Source: Octopus vulgaris (taxonomy: Eukaryota). From it: a stretch of 64,000 nt of DNA. Below, piece by piece: positions 14,271-26,059 of the stretch; position 1 is the first letter of the stretch; every line of letters begins with the position of its first letter. The notes under the pieces were generated by a model. That model was not told where the DNA came from, did not search any database, and saw only the letters and a program-made list of their open reading frames with translations. The position numbers were made by a program, and so were the translations under genes. The DNA is taken from the NCBI GenBank assembly GCA_951406725.2, contig OX597815.1:92070001-92134000 (forward strand). The letters are read 5' to 3'.

Positions 14271-14416
14271 CTTCTATATTATTCTTCGTGGAAAAGTGAC
14301 TATCTACAATTTAAGCAAAGAAGATGAAAAAATTACCAAGTTATCAGAAGCTGATCTGAAAAATGACAAACAAGAGCTTGATAGAAGTAAACTGGGCAAT
14401 TTTGTATGCAATCTTG
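14271..14416 (+). CDS. CNBD2-like, exon 3
   Basis: tatag|; FYIILRGKVTIY (cNMP beta-roll)...LGNFVCNL; G|gtaagt. Confidence 0.9.
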
Positions 14417-15460
14417 GTAAGTTGTTGAATAGAAATATTTCTTAGTTATGTTCACATTTTCAGAGATTTTTTAAAACTATATGAACATGTATTCTTCAGA
14501 GTTTCTGTGACTATAGTGAGAATTATGATGATGGCAATGATAATAATAACAACAAAAGCAAAGGTGCTGATGATGATTTTGACGTTGATAATAGTGCTGA
14601 TGAGAATGATAATTCAACATGATGATACTGGTTAGATCAATGCTACATCATCACTGCCACCAGCTTCGCCAAACATTTAAAATACACAATTACAACTCTG
14701 ATTATCAACTTAACTGTGGTATGATAGTGTTGAACAAATATTACTTAATCCAAGTCTCATTGTCCCTACCTGTATTCAAAGTAATTCCAGCTGCAGCCCT
14801 TCTGTCTTCTATTTGGATAAAGCATATCTAGAATTGCTTTATCCAACGTGTCTGTCACTTTTTTTAAAACAGTAGAGGGAAATCTTAGGAGATAGAACTA
14901 CTATTTGTTACAGCCTGAGTTTCTTGTAAAGAGTGCTTTACTTCAGCTTGTAGTATTAGACAATTGTATAAAGTAATAAACTCTTGTTAACTCAGTTTGG
15001 AAAGTAATACTCAGAAAAATATGGTATTTTTTTTTTAAATGGTCTGAACTTAGCTAATAACTAGAGGCTGTGCAATCCATATTTTAGTACTGTAATTTGC
15101 GAATTGATCATGTTCCAAAATTATGGATAATTAAGACTTTAATCAAATGGTCTCTACATTAATAGATACTGTTGTGTTTAGATGAAATAGATTTGGATGA
15201 TACATTAAAAGAAATCAAGTCTTTGCTTTAGAAGCTGTCACACTGGCTCTCATTCATTAAATGTTACCGTTGCATCTACTCAAAGTATAGCTATGTTTAG
15301 CTGATCAACAACTCTAGCCAAGAATACTCTGTTGGAGTATCATGTCCTCCTACAATTCACAGATTCACAGTATAAGATGTAGGGTTTTTATTTCAAAAGA
15401 CAGTGGAGTGTTTTGTTAAGTTCTTTTTCACAGAAATTTAGCTGATGCATAGAGAAGGTT

Positions 15461-15494
<34 letters not shown>

Positions 15495-15501
15495 GCTACT
15501 G

Positions 15502-15533
<32 letters not shown>

Positions 15534-15602
15534 ACTACTACTACTACACACACAATGTTTTTGTTAATCACTATATGTATATTTCTTTCTCTCTCATTTA
15601 AG

Positions 15603-15912
15603 TTCCTGGTGATCCATTTGGAGAAGTGGCATTATTGTCAACAGATTCTATCCGCACAGCAACAGTGATTGCAGATGAAATAACAGATTTAATGGTAGTT
15701 GCAAAAGCCTTATATGAGAGATCAGTGAAGGATGTCTTGACATGGGAATTTCAACAAAAGATTGCATTCATTTGTGCACATCCCTTGTTTTGGGGTTGGT
15801 CACACAAATACAGACATCAGCTAGCAATGGCAGTTTACAAAATTGTACTGAGTTATGATGAAATTCTTATTCGACAAAGAGAACCTGTGACTTGTATATA
15901 CTTTGTATTAAC
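15603..15912 (+). CDS. CNBD2-like, exon 4
   Basis: PGDPFGEVALLSTDSIRTATVIA (phosphate-binding cassette GE...RTA), then the start of a second cNMP domain (LIRQREPVTCIYFV); AC|gtatgt. Confidence 0.93.
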
Positions 15913-16164
15913 GTATGTTATTTTCATTATTATTTATATGAATATACTTTAGAATACAAGAGAGAGATCATAGAAATGGTTCAAACTGCAGAATGATAGA
16001 TCATAATAATTTTCAGTATCTAGTTTTATTTTGTCTTAGCTCAAGGCTCAAATTCTGCAAGGACAGCAGGAAGTTGGTGTTGAGGAAGATTCAATTTTGC
16101 TTTCTTCATTCTGGTATAGAGTGGTAGTCCACTAAATGATGTTGGGTTCTAATGAGACTCATTT

Positions 16165-16376
16165 ATTCAGGAATAATAAACTTCCATGCTTTCTGAGATT
16201 CACCAACACTACACCTGATTTTCTCCCCTCCATACACACACAAGCATGTATCTGACTCATACATTGTTCGCTTTCCAGACATTTTTACATTACTGCATGT
16301 ACTTTATATGCACTTTCTGACAAGTTGTGGTGCACCTGAGCACTGTATACAATAATTTCATTATTATTATTATTAT
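16165..16376 (+). mobile_element. LINE-like 3' end with (TTA)n tail
   Basis: Non-microsatellite sequence ending caataatttcattattattatt; family not determined. Confidence 0.45.
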
Positions 16377-16391
16377 ATATATATATAATCT

Positions 16392-16780
16392 AGGTGGCTA
16401 GCAGCAATTTAAGACCAACAAGGAAATAATTCACCATCACTAAGAATGAGCAGTGAGCACCAGCATTGCTAGACATAGAAGTTGTAGATTCCTTTAGCCA
16501 CAAAAGCTACATGGTCTCTTTGTATTGACAGGGAAGAAAATCCTCCCCACTCTGAGCGAGATGCAATAGATTAGCATACTAATTTCGTATGGGAAATTAA
16601 TACTCATCAGTAATGCTCACGCCATCACTGCTGGTAGAGGCCAACTCACCCTGTCAATATTATGAAGAATGCCATTGGAATCAGTGACTGATTTCACAAA
16701 ATGGCAATGTGAAAATGATAAAAAAATGAAGGTGGCTAGCAGCAATTTAAAACCAACAAGGAAATAATTCACCATCACTA
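16392..16780 (-). mobile_element. Putative non-LTR retrozyme (338-bp unit, ~1.15 copies)
   Basis: 51-bp direct repeat at 16392-16442 and 16730-16780 (one mismatch), enclosing a hammerhead ribozyme; no coding capacity. Confidence 0.75.
16556..16622 (-). ncRNA. Type I hammerhead ribozyme
   Basis: Minus strand: GCGUGAGCAUUA-CUGAUGA-GUAU(UAAUUUCCC)AUAC-GAA-AUUAG(UAUG)CUAAU-C^UAUUGCAUCUCGC. All core nucleotides are present and stems I, II and III can form. Confidence 0.9.
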
Positions 16781-17039
16781 TGCATAAACTGATGCAGAGT
16801 ATGATCAAGGCCTACTAAAAAATAAAAGCCCCTCATCCACTTCTCCACACAAGCTGCAATAGTTTTTGTGAGCATGTGGTTTGTACAATTTTTCAGGGGT
16901 AGGAAGGAGGTAAGGCATTTGATTGCAGTATCTTATAACAATATTTATAGAAATCACACAGATTTCTAGTAACATTTGTTACTGGGCTGTTTTAAGTTCA
17001 TGGAAATATTGCCTAACATCATAGAAAGCTCATATCACA

Positions 17040-17275
17040 GCATAACATGTATAAATATAGATTTCAAATTTTGGCACAAAGGTAGCAATTTTGGGGAAGT
17101 GGGCAAGTCAATTAAATCAACCTCAATGCTCAACAAGTTCTTATTTTATTGATCCCGAAAGGATGAAAGTAAAAGTCAGCCTCAGCAGAATTTGAACTCA
17201 AAACATAAAGACAGACAAAATACTGTTAAGCATTTTGCTTGGCATGCTAATAATTTCTGCCACCTTGCCACCTTA
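17040..17275 (-). mobile_element. SINE family C
   Basis: Reverse complement of the 13272 copy (gatcccgaaaggatgaaagtaaaagtcagcc...gaatttgaactc). Confidence 0.75.
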
Positions 17276-18016
17276 ACCATAAATAAATATTGATAGATAA
17301 AATAAGTTAAATGATACAAGAATATAGAATAAAAAAGATTGTTCATTCCAACACAATAACAATTTCATTCAAATAAAATAAATAGTTAATATAGACTAAG
17401 CTTATGCAAACTTCATCAAGAGTATAATCAAATAAAGTTTCCCTACTTAGAATTACATGACCTGACTAGCTCCAGCTCATATTTATCTCTTCGTAACTGG
17501 AAGTATTAGAGAATACATTTTATCATGCCAACTAAAACCTGTCATGACATTTTTCTGCCCCAAAAACATTATTTTGCTTATTTGAGGTCATTGTCAAGTA
17601 TAAAAATAGTTTTTTTCCACTTAAAAAAGCATTTGCTTACTTCTTGTAATGTAGAAGTATGTAAGTGCAGAAGAGAAACAGGAGCATTTGTTAAGGTTCA
17701 ATGCAGAATTGTGTGGTAGGTGCAGCATACAATCCATTCGAAAGGTTTCTTTTCTACTTAAAAAAGAGTAGTATAGCAACTGTACTATTCCATATAGTGT
17801 GAAATTTGTTATCAGGTTTAAAGAGAATTGTGAATAGATGCAAAGAAAAATTAGGATTTTATTGTGTGAGTTCATCATCCTCATCATCATCACTATCATC
17901 ATTATTTAATGTCTGTTTTTCTATGTTGCCATGAATAGGATGGTTTGACAGGAGCTGGGAAGTCCAGAGGCCACACCACTCTCAATCATCTGTTCTTGCA
18001 TGGTTTATACAGCCTT

Positions 18017-18158
18017 ATAACCTCTGATGAGGCCTATGGTTATATATATAAGTACCCTATTTTTAAATGCCTACAACCTCAATGTATTAACAACTACAGG
18101 CAATAAAAATTAAAATAACTACTTTTAACCATAGGCTGAAACAGCTGTAAGAAGTGAT
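18017..18158 (+). ncRNA. Hammerhead ribozyme motif, minimal/dimeric (Penelope-type), possibly degenerate
   Basis: CUGAUGA at 18024-18030; stem II GGCCUAUGGUUA/UAACCAUAGGCU with a long loop; GAAA at 18138-18141; C(AGCU)G; UA cleavage site at 18148-18149. Stem I is imperfect. Confidence 0.7.
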
Positions 18159-18301
18159 TTTAATGATTTCAATAATTTATATTATGATTTTTATATGTAT
18201 GCTATTAAGGTTCTCATTTTGTTAAATGAATAAATAATCCAACATTCTATTATCCGAAAGTTGATGAACAAACTAAATTTGTTTCTCCATTTTCTTATTT
18301 G

Positions 18302-18357
<56 letters not shown>

Positions 18358-18482
18358 AGAGAGAGAGAGAGAGAGAGATACATGCATACATACATACACA
18401 CATACATACGTGTGTATGCATATATATATATATATATATAGACTCTGTTATTTATAAATGGATGTTTATCATTCTCTTTTAG

Positions 18483-18590
18483 AGGACAAGTTGGAATATT
18501 TTACAATACGAGGCTCCATGCTTTACAATATCCCCACCTTGTTCCATTTATGCAAAGCAATTTGACAACATCTACAGTGTCTTCAATACA
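18483..18590 (+). CDS. CNBD2-like, exon 5
   Basis: ctcttttag|; (T)[19 protein letters not shown]...; donor either GC (ca|gcaagt, 18591) or GT at 18595. Confidence 0.75.
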
Positions 18591-19129
18591 GCAAGTATAG
18601 TATTTCTACATTTCTACAAATATCTAGCAGATGACAAAATTGGTAGTGCATGTTTATAACTTTTGATTATGTCCCTTTACATTCTGTGTTCAAATTATGC
18701 CCACATATACTTCATCTTTTATTTTTCTCTTTTTGTGATCAATTATCAGTCAAGTACGAGGGTTGAAGCCATTGCTTATAATTTTGAAGGTAGTGCCCCA
18801 GTATGGCCATAGTCTATTGACAGGAAATGTCAGATGTCAATCTCTCCACCCTGAAGATGGAAGCAAGATTTACTAAAATGTTTATATGCATCTGCTACTC
18901 ATTGCACATTCTTGACTTTGTGCAAACTTCAGCTGCCAACATTATTATGTAATTCTGAGCCCCCGGAAATAGCTATGAAACCTGTAGTACCATACCTTCT
19001 CCCCTTAGTCTTCTGTGCCTTTGTACTCTGTGTAAATCTGCTCTCTTAATATATAACAGTCAAATATCAGGAGGGCTTACTAGATAGAAATAGTTGACAG
19101 CTTCAGTTAACTAGGTGACCTAATTAATA

Positions 19130-19430
19130 ATGGAAGTGAGTTACAGTAATGATGAAATAGAAAAGGTTCCGGGATCTATAGGAACCAAAGGGTTTCTCTC
19201 TGTGAGTGAAGGGCACATTACATGATACTTGTATATGAAATGCAGTACTGCATAGAAGTGAAACATAGGTATTAAATACAAATGATGTGCACAGGATGGA
19301 AAAATACTGCAGTGGATGTGTAATGTTAGCACACATGAACAACAGAGTACAAATGAACTGAAGAGATAAAAAGTTGGGCATCAGAGGTATCAACTGCAGT
19401 GTGCAAAAGAGAAGCTTGCACTGGCACAGA
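19130..19430 (+). mobile_element. Old RTE LINE fragment
   Basis: Degenerate match to the RTE C-terminal coding region (gggtttctctctgtgagtgaagggcacattacatgatacttgt). Confidence 0.6.
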
Positions 19431-20520
19431 TATGTAGCAAGGGCTGATTATAGGATGCTGAACACATGGAGATGACAAGTAACTACAGCAAATGGCAAAA
19501 TACAGTGCTGGTGAAAACATTTCCACCTTATACTATTATAGGGAAATTTACATAAAAAGATGATGATTCTCAGAAAAGCCTTGTGGACAGTGCTATAGGG
19601 AAATTTTATTCTATTCACACAGCCATTTTGATTTCTTACATTATGTGTAATATACATTTCTTACATTAGTATAAGGCCACATATTTGTAGGAGAGGTGAG
19701 TTAGGTGGTTCATGTTTAACCTCAACATTTGTACATCAAAATTTATAGAGAAATAGAAAAGAAGTGTACTAGGGATCTAGTCTGAATGTATGCAATTGAG
19801 TAAACTCTGAGGGTCTACAAAGGCCATGGACACAACACTCACCCATGGAGTAAATCATAAAATAACCACAGCCAATGACAGAGGCCTGTAACATAGTTGT
19901 TAAATCAATTGAAAATAACATCTAAGGCATCTTCATATCACTCTCAACCATCTTGAAGAACACATTGGACAATATAATCCTAAACACATTGTTTGAAATC
20001 AAGGCAAGAAATGTTTGTGACTGAAATGCCTGACTAGAATAGTTTAAGACATCTTATGTCTTAAAATATCAGTTGTATTCCCATCTTCTCTGAATTTACC
20101 AATCCTTCAGATTTACTTTGCAATCTCAGTGAAGCATGCCAACTGATGTTTTTTTTAGCCCTCATATTAAATCCTGTTGCTCTATTTCACTTCAGCAAAC
20201 TAAATGCTAAAACTATTTCTAAGCATATTTCCATAAGAGATCGTTTTCACAGTTGCACAAGTTTTTGTAGTACATTAATTCTGATAAATTTTGATATAAT
20301 TGAATCAATAACGATAATGAACTTATTGTATACAGTACTCAGGTAATACTGACAAGTACATTGACTAAAGCAAGACCAAGACATGTAAACATGGATATAA
20401 ACCAACACAAAATACTTTACCTTCAATTTGTATCCAAATTTATACTCATAATTAATAACTAAATGCAGTCCATTACCAAAATCATATAATTATATATGTG
20501 TGTTTTTGTTTGTTTAACAG

Positions 20521-20627
20521 TCAGCATGAAACTAAAGATAATTTTAAGAATATTTCCAGATTGAAATCACGAAGACAAGCTTCCAAAATCATTCATTTGT
20601 GTAATCTTGGTATAAATGAAATAATTG
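20521..20627 (+). CDS. CNBD2-like, exon 6
   Basis: tttaacag|; QHETKDNFKNISRLKSRRQASKIIHLCNLGINEII; G|gtaaat. Phase fits exon 7 (I-G-DTE). Confidence 0.82.
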
Positions 20628-21904
20628 GTAAATAATGAATTTTTAAAAATTCTATTTATAAGCTGGATCGGCTACAAGCAAATAGTTATATATTGTTTTA
20701 GGAAATGCATCACTTTCTAAGACCAATCAGTTCAAACAAAAAATTTTTTTGAACGTAACTTAAAAATAATTCTCAAGTACCTACTATTTTCTCTAATAAG
20801 GTTAAATATTTATAACTTTTTAACAGGATTAATTAATTTCAAAAATGCAAGTCATAGCACAAACATTCTTGTGGCAACTATTAGAAATTTTGTGCTAACA
20901 CTATTTTCAAATTTTCAAAACTATTTCTAGTCTCACAAGCATCAATCACAGATTCCCAAACCCCTTGTTTGGATGACTTTGGAAATAAGAGAAAGATTTG
21001 ATATAGACATACATACAAATGACATATATACACTACATCACATTTCATCTATTTTTTTAAGTATTTTTTTTTACATGATATTCTTTGGATATTTCTACAA
21101 AACAAATTTCAATTTAAATTATTGTATGTTGTACTTTGGCAGAATAATTTTTCAAGTTATATTAAATTGTATGCACAAGTATTAATGAAAAGTATCTTGT
21201 GATAACAGAAACTAACTAAATAAAAAGTTGAATAATTAACTTACCTGTGCTCGTGTTTCATAATAGAAAAATAATAAATTTGCCATTGCCAAAATAGTTA
21301 AGAAATTTGCCTCATAGTCATATTGTTTCTAGTTCAGTTCTACAGTATAGCAATTTGGGTATATATCTTCTACTAGAGCTCTGTACTGATCAAAACCTTT
21401 TAAGTTGATTTAGTAAATGGAAACTGAAAGAAGTACAACACGTGCACGTATGCATGCATGCTTACATGCACGTGTATGTGCGTTTGTGTGTGCACATGTG
21501 TGATTGAATGTGTGTGTCAGTATTTGTGTATCACTGAGTATAAACAAGGTCACCATCATATAATCAGTATTGTTCATCTACAATCTTCCATGAAAACATA
21601 TCCAACCGTTTATGCTGAAGGACTAGGAAAAATATTAATATGTTTGGAAATGGGTGAGAGTTGGTGACAGAAACAGCATCTAGCCATAGAAAATTTCACT
21701 TGACCCATTCAAGCACAGAAATGTGGATGTTAAAACAATGGTGATGGTGTTGGTGGTGGTGTATGTGTGTGTTCAAATTAAAAGTTTTGTTAACTAAATA
21801 AACTGAATGATAATTGTGTGTAAGTAAACATGAGAGAGATTGTAATTATATATATGCACAGGTATGTACATTCAAATTTCAGAATAGTTTCTATATGATT
21901 GCAG

Positions 21905-22412
21905 GTGATACAGAAGTGTTGCTGAAATTGGACACCAATCTACATACAGTAATTAGTGCTGAAAGGACAGAACTCATTGTTCTGGAAATGAAACATTTTG
22001 AACGCTTATTTGTACGTCATCATGTTGAAACAGTAGATTGCATGCGTAGACAATTGGATGTAAAACTTTGTTCAAGACTGTCCCTATTGACAGATTGTCA
22101 ACAAAAAATACCCTTACTAGCATATCTACATAACAGATTAAAGCAGGATTTAGAGCAACCCCGAAAATGCAGTAATCTTCAGGAATTCAGAAATACTACA
22201 TTTAATTTCAGACTAGATATTTCACAATTGCAAACAAGACATTTATTGCATAAACAATCATTAGCAAATATTTTCTTCCTTATACAACAAAAAAAGTTTC
22301 CTAAGAAAATTAAGACCAAAGTTCAGAAATGCTTATTTCCACAAATACCTATCAATAATCAAGTTTCTGAGAAGCCTTCTAGTGATACATTAATATTTGG
22401 TAAGAAATCAAG
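21905..22412 (+). CDS. CNBD2-like, exon 7
   Basis: gcag|; GDTEVLLKLDTNLHTVISAERTELIVLEMKHFERLF (degenerate second cNMP cassette). The donor AG|gtaaga at 22412 matches the phase of exon 8. Confidence 0.87.
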
Positions 22413-23184
22413 GTAAGATTTAACATATGTATGTGTTGAAATAAATTTCTAATTGAAAAATATTTCAAAATTTATTTCATTTTCTATTTTCCCTACCCTT
22501 TGAATAACAGAAAGTCCTCTTGCTGAACCCTTTTCAATCTTTTCAATCTAGGCTCTATATGTACAATAACAATTTTTAAAAATTAATGTAAAAAAAAAAG
22601 CATTAACATAGCAATGAATTTTCTGTGAGATGAATAGAAGCAACTAGACTGATGATGAAAATAACTTTTTTATAAAGGGAAATTTTGCATCTAATGCAAG
22701 ACGACAGGATGTTGTGCATATAAACTTTATGCATGATATAATCCTTTTTTAGTTGTGTAAGATATTCACCTGAGAAATAGATGTTTGCAAAAGATGAGTT
22801 TAACTTGCAATACTGTAGCACACTAGCCAAACAGAGGTACCGATTTTACAGCTAACAAGAAATCATTGATATAGTTGCTCAACCTGCAAGAAATAGAAGC
22901 CAATATATTTGATCTTATGCCTGCCAGAATCAGGGCTGACCTGGGGCTAAACAACATCAACAACAGTATATTAAAACCAAAACTGACATCATATAGTAAA
23001 GTATGCCATAGTTAAGTAAATATTTTTCATTAGATTAAGATCTAATATATTCACAAGATACTTTATTGATGCATTCAGTTGTCTCTGAATGATGTAATCT
23101 TTTAGTGCATATTCTGTTGTTTTATTGTCATACTAAAAGTGATCATTGATGAGTATAATAATAGTTTCCATTCATTTTATAAAG

Positions 23185-23359
23185 ATCTAACATTATGTTC
23201 TCTACATTCCAAAACAGTAATAACAATTCAACAGAGGATTCTTATTCGAGCATTTCTACTAGTTTACAAGATTTAGAACAATGTATAAGAAACTGGTTGA
23301 AGGAAACCAATTCCAAAAAAATAGGTACATTACCTCCTCTTCATCGCATTTCTTTTGAG
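23185..23359 (+). CDS. CNBD2-like, exon 8
   Basis: ttttataaag|; ...SLQDLEQCIRNWLKE...PLHRISFE; |gtgagt. Confidence 0.8.
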
Positions 23360-24328
23360 GTGAGTAACCTAAGAATTATTGATTCAATGTGTATGATGAA
23401 TGTCTGAAGATGCTATTAGTAATGGAAATGGTGGGGCTGAAGAATTGATGAGTGAATAGTATTCCAGAAGATTCTTTCACCTCACAAGATTTAAATCCAG
23501 ATGATAAAGGAATGAAACTAAACACCGAAATATATTTAATCCACTGTTGAGCTGTTTCAGACAACTTACCCATCTGAAAACTCTTATTTATTAATAGGCT
23601 TCTCACATCACTAAAGAATAAATCTTTAAATTCACATGTGTCTCATTCCCTAGTACTAACATCTATCATTAATCATTGAGTGAGCCTCTAAGTGGTTAGT
23701 GGCAATAGCAGTCAAATGTGTCTCAATTAACACCCTACTGTCATGAGAAAAAAGGACACATTGAATACAATGCTAAATATAGGAAAAAGACAAGAGATAA
23801 TGGCTGGAATACCTTTGACTATAGGTTTGCTTGACCAGGGATGACTTGTAGTTAAACAGTATAACAACTACCCATTCCATTGATATTTCCTTTTTTCAAG
23901 CCTCATTTGGTGAAAACAGTAACTAAGCAGTGTCAATACTTTCTTAAACCTTTAACAAATAAGTTATACAATGATAATATATTACTTAAAATAGAACAGT
24001 ACACCAAAACACATGCACAACTAAAGTACCACGAATTCCATAAATGATAGGATTATGTTCATTTTTGTACATACTGGATTATACAATGAATTTTATATTA
24101 CTAGGATACATTACATTTCTCTTAGTTAAGGAAGATATCCATTTGGTAGTAAAAGTCTGTGTGATGAGTATATGGTGATATAATATGCTGAAAATAGAGC
24201 CAGTTATGGTTGTTGGCTTCAGTCTCACTCTGACCAATTATTGAAGGCTCTGATCATTCCATTATTTGTCCAGAAACAGTGCACCTATAACTATATAACC
24301 CAATGTGTTCTTATTTTTAAAACTATAT

Positions 24329-24717
24329 AGGCGCAGGAGTGGCTGTGTGGTAAGTAGCTTGCTAACCAACCACATGGTTCCGGGTTCAGTCCCACTGCGT
24401 AGCACCTTGGGCAAGTGCCTTCTGCTATAGCCCCGGGCCGACCGAAGCCTTGTGAGTGGATTTGGTAGACGGAAACTGAAAGAAGCCTGTCGTATATATG
24501 TATATATATGTATGCGTGTGTGTGTTTGTGTGTCTGTGTTTGTCCCCCTATGCTGGTGTGTTTATGTCCCTGTTACTTAGCGGTTCGGCAAAAGAGACTG
24601 ATAGAATAAGTACTGGGCTTACAAAAGAATAAGTCCCGGGGTCGAGTTGCTCGATTAAAGGCGGTGCTCCAGCATGGCTGCAGTCAAATGACTGAAACAA
24701 GTAAAAGAGTAAAAGAG
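24329..24717 (+). mobile_element. Full-length tRNA-derived SINE (family A)
   Basis: Head ggagtggctgtgtggtaag (A box)...gggttcagtccc (B box), a central microsatellite and a tail (gtaaaaga)n. More than ten related copies lie in the window. Confidence 0.88.
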
Positions 24718-25891
24718 AGAGAGTGTGATAAGGAAGATTTGCCCGCTACCTTTAGCATGTCAAGTAACCATTTAGAGGTTCCTTGTCACAGTTATTAGAG
24801 TCAATGTCCTAGGTTCAGTATAAAATAGATTAATAGTGGGCATGTTGGCCGGAGGTCAAGTATTGGAATGACTTTCTGCTTCCTTTCCACATCCATATGA
24901 GTTTAACTTACTTCTGAAATATAAAATCATGTAATTATGCTCCTTCTGCTTATAGAGGTTTGCTGTATCCATCTAGTATACCTATTTATAGCTACATAGA
25001 ATGTGCTAATGATATGCATCTTAGTCAAGGCTATAAAACATTGTTGATATTAGGATGGATGTTAACTGTCAATTCTTTGGCCAATGTTAAATTTGATAAA
25101 AATTAAATAGAGAACTTCAGTAGTTTAGTATTCTTGCTCCTAAATCTTATTTTAAATGTTCCCCTCACTTCAAGAGAAGTCGTTAATGTAGTTGTTTGTC
25201 GTAGCTTCTTTTCTCAATGTTCTCACATCAGCTAGGCTATTAGGTTATATATGTTGACAATAACCACACTAAGATTTGACAGAGTTTCCAAATATCTTAT
25301 TTATCACCACATTGTATTTGAATATGCATATTCAATAAATTAATATTATGTAAGTGATACAGAGCATATGAATTATTGCAAATGCTGTATATTTGTTGAT
25401 TGACATTACTAGTTAAGGCCTGTGAATTGAAGAGAAAGATAAGTGAGTTAACAGATGGGAAAAACAACTGACTAGTGCAAATCCTGAAGTTGCCAGAATA
25501 AGTGAGAGAAGAGAGATTGTCATACAAAGGAAAAGCAACACAACCATATAAAACTGGCATAGCTCTGCACTAAGTTGAATTTTCACCCCTTTAGAGAATC
25601 ATTGCCCAGAAGGCTCTAGAATTCATTTGCTGAGAAAACTTGCACATTTCTTATTAAGTTGCCACCTCAGCTGTCAATAAGTCAGCTCATGCTGGTTGGT
25701 CAAACCATATTCACAAAGGTACTAATATTCCTTTTATGGAAATATTTTAGGTTGTGATTCTAGAGTGGAAAAATCTGAGAACTACAATTTGAATCTCAGC
25801 TAGCTTCTTGTTTCAAATTCTTCATAAAAATTGACACAAGAATCAATCATTTAATAATGCTGATGTTTATTTCAATTATTTAAATTTACAG

Positions 25892-26059
25892 ACTTTACAA
25901 AAACAACCCAAGCCAGGTTATAAGTTGTTGGTTCATCAAAACATACATTTAGATTTGGATTTAAGAGATGAAAGCAGTGATGATGATGAAGCTGAAATTA
26001 ATATCAACAGTGAAAAACTTGAGAAATGGAAGTTTCTGTTAACCAACCTCAGCAATTAA
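25892..26059 (+). CDS. CNBD2-like, exon 9 (terminal)
   Basis: tttacag|; TLQKQPKPGYKLLVH...KFLLTNLSN*; AATAAA at ~26059 and 26451. Confidence 0.78.
   Translation, partial: TLQKQPKPGYKLLVHQNIHLDLDLRDESSDDDEAEININSEKLEKWKFLLTNLSN

Noticed and set aside
18845-18890. CTGAAGATGG...CTAAAATGTT, a possible CpG-decayed hammerhead (similar case at ~36985-37040)
   Set aside because: GAAA is absent and the stems are unconvincing; it cannot be supported without a family consensus.
22399-22405. Alternative donor G|gtaaga in exon 7
   Set aside because: Phase 1 is incompatible with exon 8; the donor at 22412 fits.
22640-22680. CTGATGATGAAA, resembling a minimal hammerhead core
   Set aside because: No stem III or stem I complementarity.
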